A stretch of DNA of 64,000 nt from Fibrobacteria bacterium GUT31 (GTDB lineage: Bacteria > Fibrobacterota > Fibrobacteria > Fibrobacterales > Fibrobacteraceae), in NCBI GenBank assembly GCA_001462225.1, contig LIUH01000148.1:15209-79208 (forward strand), given 5' to 3'. The position numbers were made by a program, and so were the translations under genes. Below, in pieces: positions 43,600 through 52,306 of this stretch (positions are counted from its first letter, which is position 1; the number at the start of each line of letters is the position of its first letter). The notes beneath the pieces are model-generated. The model saw only the letters and a program-made list of their open reading frames with translations. It made no database searches and was not told where the DNA came from.

Positions 43600-44474
43600 G
43601 CCGTCCTAGCATTTATCGCCGCATGAAACGCCATCCCAAATACCCTAATCGGGCGGTAAAATTCAGGCACAATCAACAATGCCAAAAACGCCGTGCCAAA
43701 TTCTGCGCTGCCATTCATCAAACGCAGTGCCAAGCCAACCGCAACCAGAGCGATGCTCAAAGACCCAGCCAACTCCTGCACCAAAGCGGAAAGAAACGCT
43801 GTTTTCAAAACCGCAAAAGTCTTTTCGCCGAATTCGCTTTCCGCAATTTCCAAATCTCGTTCCCGTTCCTTAATCTTCTTGAAAATTTTTATCGTTTTAT
43901 AACCCTGCAAGCTCTCCAAAAAAAATGCCCTCAATTTTGAAAAACTCTGCCATTGCTCCTGTGATTTTTTCCTTGCGACTTTTCCTATCAAAAATAAAAA
44001 TACGGGAAGCAAAAGCCCGGTAAAAAACAGAATTGCAAAAGTCAATTTGTCTATAAAAAACATTACAGACAAAATTATGCAGGGAATAATCACCGCTAAA
44101 AAGGCGCTCGGCAAAAAACGGCTATACCAAGGCTCCATTAAATCTGCGGTTTTCATGTAATGCAAAGAGAGTTCCTGCAAAGGCATTCCCTTTTGCGCTC
44201 GGTCTTGAATCGGCATTGTGCTTAGAAATTTATTTTGAAAGTATGCTCGCAAATTCTCTTTTGCCCTGCCGCCGAGTTTTAGAGATAGTTTTTGCGAAAA
44301 AAAGCGGAGCAGCGCAAAAAGGAAAATCGCAACGAGAAAAAAACAGATTGAGGTATTTGAAAATTTTTCCGCCAAGGCGGGGATTTGGAAAAGCGCACAA
44401 ATCAAGGATATGCGAGAGATGCACTCGCAGATAATTGTAAAAGCCAATAATTTTTTAGGAGTGAAGCGGTGCAT
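43584..44474 (-). CDS. ABC exporter transmembrane domain (CydC/CydD-like), separate ORF
   Basis: 296 aa with about 6 TM helices. It overlaps the NBD ORF by 16 nt in a different frame. Confidence 0.6.
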   Translation of the reverse strand: MHRFTPKKLLAFTIICECISRISLICALFQIPALAEKFSNTSICFFLVAIFLFALLRFFSQKLSLKLGGRAKENLRAYFQNKFLSTMPIQDRAQKGMPLQELSLHYMKTADLMEPWYSRFLPSAFLAVIIPCIILSVMFFIDKLTFAILFFTGLLLPVFLFLIGKVARKKSQEQWQSFSKLRAFFLESLQGYKTIKIFKKIKERERDLEIAESEFGEKTFAVLKTAFLSALVQELAGSLSIALVAVGLALRLMNGSAEFGTAFLALLIVPEFYRPIRVFGMAFHAAINARTAWGDV

Positions 44475-45756
44475 CTGAAATTCGGCTTATTTTAACTTTG
44501 CCCACTCTTTGCTTATCCATGCCCAAAATTTCAAAGCGATAATTTTCCCATTCAAAAACATCGCCCTGCTGCGGAACCTTGTTCAAAACATCCATCGCCA
44601 TTCCGCTGAGAGTGTGGTAGGAATCGGGGTCTTCACCCGGCAGTTCGGAAAGAGAAAATATTTCCTTTATGGTGTGAACATCCGTTAAACCTTCCGCTGT
44701 CCAAACATTGCCTTGTATTTTTAAACCGCTCTCCGAAAGCTGCGAAAGCTCGGATTCCGAAACAAGAACGGAAGTTATGTCTTCCAAAGTTGCTATGCCG
44801 CTGCAAACACCGTATTGATCTATAACCAGAGCCATCGGGTCTTTTAATTTCTGCATCTGATGAAGAGCATCCATAGCGTTGATGGATTCGGGGAGAAACA
44901 GGGGGGGTCTGAGCATAGCTTGCATATTCAACTCGCCGCCCGCAGCAAGCTGGCAGAGCAGGTCTCGTGCATCCACGGTGCCCAAAGGGCTTTCCAAGCT
45001 ATCTTTGGCAACCGGAAATTGCGAATATTCGCTGAGCATAATAACTCCGCGCAGTTCTTCTCTGTTGATGTCTAGTTTGAGCCATTCAACCAAAACTCTT
45101 GGTGTCATAACGGAGACAAGCGTTCTGTCGGATAGATTAAAAACCCGGTTTACCATGGTGAGTTCGTTTTTCTCTATGCTGCCCTCTTGGTGGCCCTGCT
45201 TTGCCATCTGTTGAAGTTCCGCTGCTGTCACCGGGCGTTTTATGCTCCTGTGCAGGTTAAAAGGGCGAAGAATTATATCGCCGGAAAAATCAAAAAACCA
45301 AACGAGAGGTTTCAAAATAATTGAAAGCACATGCATGGGCGGCGCAGAAATGCAGGAAATTTTTTCCGCAAATTGCAATGCCAGTCTTTTTGGGACAAGC
45401 TCGCCCACCACCAACGAAATGTAGGTTACGCTAATCACTATGGCCGGCAAAGCCACCATCTCCGCATATTTTTCCAAAGAGGGAAAGGTTTTCAAAAAAT
45501 CTTCCAAAGGTTCCCTAAGCGTTGCTCCGCCATAGGCTCCGGACAATATCCCAACCAAAGTTATGCCTATTTGCGCAGTTGACAAAAATACATTCGGGTT
45601 TTCCAAAATTGCTATTGCCCTTGTTGCTCCCCACTTGCCCTCTTGCTCCATTTGCCGCAAAAGAGACGGCCTTGCGGAAACCACGGCAATTTCTATAAGC
45701 ACAAGCACTGCATTTGCAAGTACCATAAGAAGCAGAGCTATTATATGAAAAGTCAC
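44455..45756 (-). CDS. CNNM/TlyC-family protein (DUF21-CBS pair-CorC_HlyC)
   Basis: GTG start. It has the N-terminal DUF21 helices (LIEIAVVSARPSLLRQMEQEG) and, at 433 aa, a typical layout. Confidence 0.8.
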   Translation of the reverse strand: MTFHIIALLLMVLANAVLVLIEIAVVSARPSLLRQMEQEGKWGATRAIAILENPNVFLSTAQIGITLVGILSGAYGGATLREPLEDFLKTFPSLEKYAEMVALPAIVISVTYISLVVGELVPKRLALQFAEKISCISAPPMHVLSIILKPLVWFFDFSGDIILRPFNLHRSIKRPVTAAELQQMAKQGHQEGSIEKNELTMVNRVFNLSDRTLVSVMTPRVLVEWLKLDINREELRGVIMLSEYSQFPVAKDSLESPLGTVDARDLLCQLAAGGELNMQAMLRPPLFLPESINAMDALHQMQKLKDPMALVIDQYGVCSGIATLEDITSVLVSESELSQLSESGLKIQGNVWTAEGLTDVHTIKEIFSLSELPGEDPDSYHTLSGMAMDVLNKVPQQGDVFEWENYRFEILGMDKQRVGKVKISRISDAPLHS

Positions 45757-45813
45757 TAGGCTGGAAAATACAATTTTTTCTACATTCTCCCTACCACTTC
45801 ACGGAGAGTTAAC

Positions 45814-46857
45814 ATGACAAATGGGAAAAAAATAGCTATGATTTCCGGAATTACCGGGCAAGATGGCGGTTATTTGGCAAAATTCTTGCTGGAAAAGGAT
45901 TATAGAGTTCTGGGCTTGTACCGCAGGGGCGCTACAGATACTTTTGCAAAACTCAAGGAGCATGGAATTCTTGAAAAAATTGAATTGCTGGATTTTGAAT
46001 TGCTGGAATTTTCAAATATTTGCAGATTATTGAGAAAACATCAACCCGATGAATTTTACAATCTTGCGGCGCAGAGTTTTGTTGCCGCTTCGTGGGAAGA
46101 ACCGGTTTACACCGCGCAAGCCGATGGAATGGGCGTGTTATACATACTTGAAGCCATTCGCGAATTTTCTCCGAAAACCCGTTTTTATCAGGCTTCCACC
46201 TCCGAGATGTTCGGCAAGGTTCAGGAAGTTCCGCAAACGGAAAAAACCCCTTTTTACCCACGCTCCCCTTATGGTGTTTCAAAATTGATGGCGCACTGGA
46301 TGTGCGTAAATTACAGCGAAAGTTTTAACGTCTTTGCCTGTTCGGGAATTTTGTTCAACCACGAAAGCCCTATGCGGGGCAAGGAATTTGTGACCAGAAA
46401 AATAACCGCTCATTTTGCGGAAATTTATACCGGAAAAACAAACGAGCCGCTGGAACTCGGCAATCTGAACGCAAAACGCGACTGGGGATTTTCCGGCGAC
46501 TACGTGGAGATGATGTGGAAAATGCTCCAGCACGATAAACCCGATACATACGTAATTTCTACAGGGGAAACGCACAGCATTCGCGAATTTGTTGAAGAAG
46601 CCGGCAAGCACTGCGATTTTGATTTGCAATGGGAAGGCAGCGAAGAAAATGAAATTGGCATTGACAAGAAAACAGGAAAAACCGTAGTTAGAGTTAATCC
46701 CAAGTTCTACAGACCCGCCGAGGTTGAAATGCTCATAGGCAATCCGGAAAAAGCGAGAAAGATACTCAACTGGAACGCCAAGGTGGATTTTAAATCCTTG
46801 TGCCGCATGATGATACTCGCCGATATTGAACGAGCCAAGAAGGGAATTTTGGTTTAA
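45814..46857 (+). CDS. gmd: GDP-mannose 4,6-dehydratase
   Basis: ISGITGQDGGYLAKFLLEKDYRV and QASTSEMFGK; 347 aa. Confidence 0.95.
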   Translation: MTNGKKIAMISGITGQDGGYLAKFLLEKDYRVLGLYRRGATDTFAKLKEHGILEKIELLDFELLEFSNICRLLRKHQPDEFYNLAAQSFVAASWEEPVYTAQADGMGVLYILEAIREFSPKTRFYQASTSEMFGKVQEVPQTEKTPFYPRSPYGVSKLMAHWMCVNYSESFNVFACSGILFNHESPMRGKEFVTRKITAHFAEIYTGKTNEPLELGNLNAKRDWGFSGDYVEMMWKMLQHDKPDTYVISTGETHSIREFVEEAGKHCDFDLQWEGSEENEIGIDKKTGKTVVRVNPKFYRPAEVEMLIGNPEKARKILNWNAKVDFKSLCRMMILADIERAKKGILV

Positions 46858-48222
46858 TCAGTGTTTCTTCTTTTTCTTTTTGTCCTTGGGCGGTGTGTAA
46901 TTTGAGCCTGTGGGGGCTTTTATTCCCATTCGCTTGGACATATTTCCCATGTTTTTGAACATGGATTTCATGTCTTCGTAATGTTTTAAAACCTGGTTCA
47001 CTTTTTGCACGGTTGTGCCGGAGCCTTTTGCTATGCGTATCCTGCGGCTGCCGTTTATTATGTCGGGTTTTTTGCGCTCCTTTGCGGTCATTGAGCTTAA
47101 AGCTGCTTCCACATAAACCAATTCTTTTTCGTTTATCTGGTCAAGCGGCAATTTGTTCAATCCGGGCACAAGCGATATTATATCTTTGAATTTCCCGATC
47201 TTTTTTATGATTCTTAACTGTTTCAAAAAGTCGTTTAAGTCAAAGGCGTTGTTGAGTATTTTTTTGCGGAAATCGTTTGCTTCTTTTTCGTCTATGGCGG
47301 CTTGGGCTTTTTCCACCAAAGAAACGACATCGCCCATTCCCAAAATACGCCCCGCCATTCTATCGGGGTGGAAGATGTCAATATCGGAAATCTTCTCGCC
47401 AACGCCCACAAAACAAACCGGAACGCCGGTTATTTTGCGAATTGAAAGAGCCGCTCCCCCACGGGTGTCACCGTCCATTTTGGAAAGGCACACGCCTGTG
47501 AAGTTGAGCCGCTTGAAAAATTCCTCCGCTACATTCACCGCCTCTTGGCCAATCATCGCATCTGCCACAAAGAATATCTCTTCGGGATTTACAGCCGCTC
47601 TTGCTTTCTCCAGCTCCTGCATTAAGGTCTCGTCTATTTGCAAGCGACCGGCGGTATCGTAAATTACAAGGTCAAAGCCGTTTTGCTCGGCATATTTATA
47701 ACCGTTTCTTATTATTTCAACAGGGTTTCCTTGCCCTTCTTCATAAACAGGAACCCCGATGGATTTTCCAAGCACTTGAAGTTGCTTAATAGCGGCGGGT
47801 CTATATACATCGGCAGCTACCAGTAAAGGCTTTCTTTTCTTTTTAGAGCGAAAATAAAGGGCGAGCTTGCCGGCGAAGGTTGTTTTTCCGGAGCCTTGCA
47901 AACCGGTCATCATTATGCCGATGGGCGGTTTTCCGGTTAAGGAAACCTCTTTGGCTTCTCCGCCCATAATTTGCACAAGCTCATCGTGGATGATTTTCAC
48001 AATCATCTGCCCGGGGCTAACGGCGGTTAGAACATTTTGCCCGAGAGCCTTTTCTTTCACCGCTTGCACAAAATCTCTGGTCACATTGAAATTAACGTCT
48101 GCGGCGAGGAATGCGCGGCGCACCTCTCTTAACGAGGCTGCCACGTTCTCTTCCGTAAGCCTGCCTTGCCCGCGCAGGCTTTTCAACGTTGATTCTAGGG
48201 CATCCGTTAAAGCTTCAAACAT
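46858..48222 (-). CDS. ffh: Signal recognition particle protein Ffh
   Basis: GLQGSGKTTFAGKLA, DTAGRLQIDE and a Met-rich M domain. Confidence 0.95.
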   Translation of the reverse strand: MFEALTDALESTLKSLRGQGRLTEENVAASLREVRRAFLAADVNFNVTRDFVQAVKEKALGQNVLTAVSPGQMIVKIIHDELVQIMGGEAKEVSLTGKPPIGIMMTGLQGSGKTTFAGKLALYFRSKKKRKPLLVAADVYRPAAIKQLQVLGKSIGVPVYEEGQGNPVEIIRNGYKYAEQNGFDLVIYDTAGRLQIDETLMQELEKARAAVNPEEIFFVADAMIGQEAVNVAEEFFKRLNFTGVCLSKMDGDTRGGAALSIRKITGVPVCFVGVGEKISDIDIFHPDRMAGRILGMGDVVSLVEKAQAAIDEKEANDFRKKILNNAFDLNDFLKQLRIIKKIGKFKDIISLVPGLNKLPLDQINEKELVYVEAALSSMTAKERKKPDIINGSRRIRIAKGSGTTVQKVNQVLKHYEDMKSMFKNMGNMSKRMGIKAPTGSNYTPPKDKKKKKKH

Positions 48223-48715
48223 TATTGCATATGATGTGAATAGGGGTTATCGTTTCAAAAAAGTATATGCTGCCGCCTTGTGCAATTGCGGTAGCAAAAT
48301 GCCCTTTGTTATGCTCTATGTAAAAATTGCGGTAATTGTTGTTATCATAAATCAGTTCACCGGCTTCTCTTTCCAATCGTATAACAAATTCATTGGGAAA
48401 TTTGTCCGGGTTATCCAGAGACAAGCGGAATAAACCCAAATTTTCCGCCGTGCTTACCAACTCCATTTCATATTCCAGATCCCAGTTGCTGAATCTGGCT
48501 CCGTGCAGAAAAACTTTGTCCTCTTTTTCGTAAAAGCTAACCGCAGCCCACGCATTAAAATAGTCTTTTTCACCGCCGACCCTGTTTTTGCCTGTCCAGT
48601 TGCAGTCAAGCGCAGCCAAAGACAAAGTGCCGGCTATGCGTTGCCTCGCTATTTTTAAAACGGCCTCATCATCCAAAAACGGGCCTAAAGCATCTTTTTT
48701 TAAAGGAGTTTTCAT
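48215..48715 (-). CDS. Hypothetical cytoplasmic protein with a CBM21-like segment
   Basis: 166 aa with no signal peptide. AWAAVSFYEKEDKVFLHGARFSNW ... FPNEFVIRLEREAGELIYDNNNYRNFYI resembles the CBM21 pattern. It overlaps the ffh start by 8 nt. A TATATT motif lies 6 nt upstream of the ATG. Confidence 0.4.
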   Translation of the reverse strand: MKTPLKKDALGPFLDDEAVLKIARQRIAGTLSLAALDCNWTGKNRVGGEKDYFNAWAAVSFYEKEDKVFLHGARFSNWDLEYEMELVSTAENLGLFRLSLDNPDKFPNEFVIRLEREAGELIYDNNNYRNFYIEHNKGHFATAIAQGGSIYFFETITPIHIICNNV

Positions 48716-48738
48716 GGGGGTAATATAGTAAACGCCAC

Positions 48739-48749
48739 TTTTCTATATT
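48739..48749 (+). promoter_or_regulatory. -10-type motif TTTTCTATATT, 12 nt upstream of the mature tmRNA 5' end
   Basis: It is the same motif class seen at protein-gene promoters in this window. Confidence 0.5.
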
Positions 48750-48761
48750 TACTTCAAGCAC

Positions 48762-49112
48762 GGGGGTGCTTTGGTTTCGACAGGATTCCAGGCGCGCTAG
48801 TTGCATGCCGAGGTGGGCTGGCCTCGTAAAAAGCCTAAAAAACACAAGTGCCAACGAAGAGTACGCACTCGCTGCTTAGTCAATAGCAGTGCCGAACCTT
48901 TTCCCGCTCCTGCCGGGGAAGCAATTCGGACGTAATGCGGGATAGGGTTTTGCGCCTGCCTGAACGCAAAGCTTGAACCTCACAGGCTAGCTCTTGTTCT
49001 GCGCCAACCTTTACGGGCGTTTTCAAAAGCGAAACCTTAAATGCAAAGGGAACGCATGTATGAGCGAACGCAGAAGGAATCTTGGACAGGGGTTCGACTC
49101 CCCTCACCTCCA
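48762..49112 (+). ncRNA. ssrA: tmRNA (SsrA)
   Basis: The 5' GGGGGTGCTTTGGTTTCGACAGG pairs with the 3' GGACAGGGGTTCGACTCCCCTCACCTCCA, giving a tRNA-Ala-like acceptor with G3:U70. The internal tag ORF is GCCAACGAAGAGTACGCACTCGCTGCTTAG (…ANEEYALAA*). CCA is not encoded. Confidence 0.9.
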
Positions 49113-49120
49113 TTGTGCAT

Positions 49121-49132
49121 TTTTTCTATATT
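49121..49132 (+). promoter_or_regulatory. -10-type motif TTTTTCTATATT, immediately upstream of the riboswitch
   Basis: It lies 9 nt after the tmRNA 3' end. The predicted TSS is around 49139. Confidence 0.5.
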
Positions 49133-49140
49133 TACCTCAT

Positions 49141-49240
49141 CCTTTCAGGGTAATCTTGTGAAAATCAAGGGCAGTCCCGCTACCGTAATGGCAAAAAGCC
49201 AAAGCCGGAAAACCTGATAGGCTGCGGAGCATCATAAGAT
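49141..49240 (+). promoter_or_regulatory. Cobalamin (B12) riboswitch
   Basis: AGGGTAATCTTGTGAAAATCAAGGGCAGTCCCGCTACCGTAATGG ... AAGCCGGAAAACCTGATAGG matches the conserved GGTGAAAATCC / GCNGNCCCGCNACNGTAA core and the B12 box (AGYCMGGWNACCTG) as I remember them. It sits upstream of a lipoprotein + TonB-receptor operon. Confidence 0.75.
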
Positions 49241-49269
49241 GCTTTGCAACAATGTTCCGAGGTAGAACC

Positions 49270-50361
49270 ATGACCCAAAGAACCACTTTGGCTGCGCTCA
49301 GGCGCTCCACCGCATTACTCGCAATATCACTCGCCTTCTTTGCTTGCTCAGACAGCAACGGAGACCCTGATCACGGAGTAATAAAAGGCAATTCCCTATT
49401 GCTTAATTTCACAACCAACTACGAAACAGGCGTGCTTCGCCGGATGAACCCGGACGCTACAAGCCTGCAAGCCGGCGAAATAGAATTTTACCAAGATTCA
49501 AAAGTGTTCGCAGACGGCAAAAATATTTTTGTTTTGGAACGCATGGGTGCCGATAATCTTAGCTGCATTCAGGCAGACAAAATAGGAGATTTGGCGTCAA
49601 TCGTGCAAAGAGCCCTAGCTCCAAACTCTAATCCTTACGAAGTCACTGTTGTAGGCAACACAGGATATATAGCTTTGAACGGTTTGGATTATGTGCAAAT
49701 ATTCGATGTAAACACCTGCGCACTTGGCACACAAATAAATTTGCCAATAGAAGAAGCCTATGCTTCTTCCATTAAAGCATACGGAAATGAACTGCTTGTT
49801 GTTGCGCAAAGACTGGAAATAGTGGAAGGTTCTCCGTATCCGACCGCAACAAAACCCGGTCTTTTGATTCGCATAAATGCAACTACAAAAGCCATTATAG
49901 ACATGATTCCGTTAAATTTCTACAATCCGAGTTCCGCTGTTTTGAGCAATGGAAAACTTTATGTTTCCTCGGTTGATGATTATTATTTATTTGAAAATGC
50001 CGGTGTTGAGGTTGTGGATTTGGCAACGGGAATCTCGGAAGTTTTGGTTACAAGCGCACAGCTTGGCGGCGGAGTCAGTAACATTGCCTTGGACGAAAGC
50101 AATAAAATTCTCTATGCAAGCGTTTATATAAGCTGGGGCAATGCTCCCGTTAAGCCTATAAACCTAAACAACAATGCAGCAATAGGTTCTGCATTGCTAA
50201 ACATAACAGATGCCGGTGAAATCGTTTTTGACAGTGAAAACAACAGGCTCTTTATAGCAGACGCCGGAGGCCTAAAAGCCTATGACACCGGTACAAAAAC
50301 AACCACACCCATAGGCGGAGATGCCTTAGCACCTTATTCCTTAGCAATAGCCAGGTGGTAA
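49270..50361 (+). CDS. Surface/periplasmic lipoprotein, beta-rich (propeller-like), first gene of the B12-riboswitch operon
   Basis: ATG 49270, signal and lipobox LAISLAFFAC. Short beta-strand/Gly-Asn turn segments repeat through the protein. Its stop overlaps the TonB receptor start. Confidence 0.55.
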   Translation: MTQRTTLAALRRSTALLAISLAFFACSDSNGDPDHGVIKGNSLLLNFTTNYETGVLRRMNPDATSLQAGEIEFYQDSKVFADGKNIFVLERMGADNLSCIQADKIGDLASIVQRALAPNSNPYEVTVVGNTGYIALNGLDYVQIFDVNTCALGTQINLPIEEAYASSIKAYGNELLVVAQRLEIVEGSPYPTATKPGLLIRINATTKAIIDMIPLNFYNPSSAVLSNGKLYVSSVDDYYLFENAGVEVVDLATGISEVLVTSAQLGGGVSNIALDESNKILYASVYISWGNAPVKPINLNNNAAIGSALLNITDAGEIVFDSENNRLFIADAGGLKAYDTGTKTTTPIGGDALAPYSLAIARW

Positions 50362-52286
50362 AAGTCATATTTCTTCTCTTGCTTCTTTTCTGTTCGCTTT
50401 CGGGAGCCGCAGATGATGCGGTTTCCGTTTTGCCGGCCAGCGAGATTTTTGGCGGTGAAATAGAGAATAGCGATAGGAAGGTTGAAATAAAAAGTTCCGA
50501 ATGGGAAGGCAAGAATTTATCTCTCGCCGATATACTGGCTGCATACGCCGGAATTCAAACTCGGCAAAGAGGAGGGATGGGCAGTTTTCAAAGCATATCG
50601 ATTAGAGGAATGCAAGGTAATCAAATTGCCATCGCAATAGACGGCGTGATTTTGCAAAGCATTGGCGTAGCGGATTTAGGCGGCATAGACTTAAACCAAT
50701 ATGAAAAAATTGAGGTTTACAAAGGCTACATCCCTGCAAAATTCGCTGCAAACGGAATGGGAGGGGTTATAAATCTGGTTTCAAAAGATGCGGCGGCAAA
50801 GAGCGGCAAATTTTATGCCTCTTACGGAAGCTATAACAGCAGGCACCTTTCAATGCAAGCAAGCTCCTCGCTAACGGACTCCATATTTTGGACAAGCAAC
50901 ATAAGTTACCGAGCCTCTAGCAACGATTTCCCCTACCTAAACCGCAATGGCACCATGTACAACACCGAAGACGATTTTTGGACAAAAAGAAAAAATGCAC
51001 AGTATTCACAAATTTCCGGCAACCACTCATTCACTTTTGTGAACAAAAAAAACAGCGTTTTGAGAATAGAACACAACTCCGAAGCAGGCGGAATTCCGGG
51101 AAGCGAAAGTCAGGAAACCAAAATAGCAAACTCCGCAACGGATAAAGTTCTTGCAAGTTTTGAAATAGAACCAAAAAATGAAATCTTTGATTTTGGGCTT
51201 CTCGGTTTTGCCGGAATAGAAAAAGACATCAGCAAATGGCACCGTACACTTGACTTGATAAATTACGGAGAACGCAACCAAATAACAGAAATGGGATTGC
51301 TTACAAAAAACGGCGGCGGCCAAGGTTCCTTTTATTTGGGAAATTCCTTTGCAAAAACAGAGTTTCACGCCTATATGAACTATCAGTATTTGGAGTCCAG
51401 AAATCACTCCGCTATGTATTCAAATTATGAACTTTCAAACTCGGTTTTCCAAATTTCTTCTGCATCCACTTTGGCTCCTCTCGATTTCTTCAGCATTACC
51501 GCAAATGCAGCGTCTAGGTTCAGCAAGCAAAAACAGGAAAGCGGCTGGTTTTCAGATGTCTCTTCGTTGGTGGATAGCGTGTTCAAAGAAAAATCACGGA
51601 ATTTAAACTCCGGCAGAATATCGGCGAATTTTGGGAGCGTTAATTCTGCGTGGAGCAGTTTCCTCGCTGTGGGGCATTATTTTAGAGACCCCTCTGTTTT
51701 TGAACTGTTCAGCACGACTTTTGGAATTTTGCCTAATCCGGATTTGCAAGCCGAGCAAGGTGAACAAGCAGAGCTTGGGCTTGGCTATAAAACAAAAAAA
51801 ACAAGGGTTTCTGCCACGCTTTTTGCAAACCGCATCAGAGACCGCATATTCTACTACACAAGCGGCCCCTTTTCAAAGCCTATAAATGACAGCCAAGAGG
51901 GCAAGGTTTACGGAATTGAGAGCGAACTTTTTGCCGAACTTTTCAAATGGCTAAAAATAAACGCAAACGCCACGTTCCAAAATCCGGGTGCGTTGCCCAA
52001 CGAACCAAGAGAACAATATTACAGTTCCATGCTTTTCATTCTACCATATTCTTTTGAGATTTCCTTAGACGGCGAGGCTCATTCCGTAATTTACCGCGAC
52101 AGGGCACAAAAAAAGGAAATCCCCGAAAAAGCGTTTTACCACGCCATGTTGAGCTATAAACCAACCGACAAAACAAAAATCTCATTCTTCGCAAGAAACC
52201 TAACCGGCGGCGAATACCAGCACATCTACGACGCCTTCCCAACCCCGGGCAGAATGTTCAGCGTGAGCTATTCGCATTTTTTTTGA
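50355..52286 (+). CDS. TonB-dependent receptor (small, BtuB-size)
   Basis: Plug motif FQSISIRGMQGNQIAIAIDGV and terminal ...SVSYSHFF. It is 643 aa and under riboswitch control. Confidence 0.8.
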   Translation: MVKVIFLLLLLFCSLSGAADDAVSVLPASEIFGGEIENSDRKVEIKSSEWEGKNLSLADILAAYAGIQTRQRGGMGSFQSISIRGMQGNQIAIAIDGVILQSIGVADLGGIDLNQYEKIEVYKGYIPAKFAANGMGGVINLVSKDAAAKSGKFYASYGSYNSRHLSMQASSSLTDSIFWTSNISYRASSNDFPYLNRNGTMYNTEDDFWTKRKNAQYSQISGNHSFTFVNKKNSVLRIEHNSEAGGIPGSESQETKIANSATDKVLASFEIEPKNEIFDFGLLGFAGIEKDISKWHRTLDLINYGERNQITEMGLLTKNGGGQGSFYLGNSFAKTEFHAYMNYQYLESRNHSAMYSNYELSNSVFQISSASTLAPLDFFSITANAASRFSKQKQESGWFSDVSSLVDSVFKEKSRNLNSGRISANFGSVNSAWSSFLAVGHYFRDPSVFELFSTTFGILPNPDLQAEQGEQAELGLGYKTKKTRVSATLFANRIRDRIFYYTSGPFSKPINDSQEGKVYGIESELFAELFKWLKINANATFQNPGALPNEPREQYYSSMLFILPYSFEISLDGEAHSVIYRDRAQKKEIPEKAFYHAMLSYKPTDKTKISFFARNLTGGEYQHIYDAFPTPGRMFSVSYSHFF

Positions 52287-52306
52287 AATCTTCTATATTC
52301 TCCAAT

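Noticed and set aside
47153-48433. Plus-strand ORFs of 169 and 188 aa antisense to ffh and its upstream gene.
   Set aside because: ffh is unambiguous on the minus strand. The antisense products are low-complexity Ser/Pro/Ala/Cys-rich strings without start signals.
48669-49113. Minus-strand ORFs 48669-48854 and 48880-49113 (61 and 77 aa).
   Set aside because: They lie entirely inside or against the tmRNA gene on the opposite strand. The tmRNA call is much better supported (acceptor pairing, G3:U70, T-arm, tag ORF ending YALAA*).
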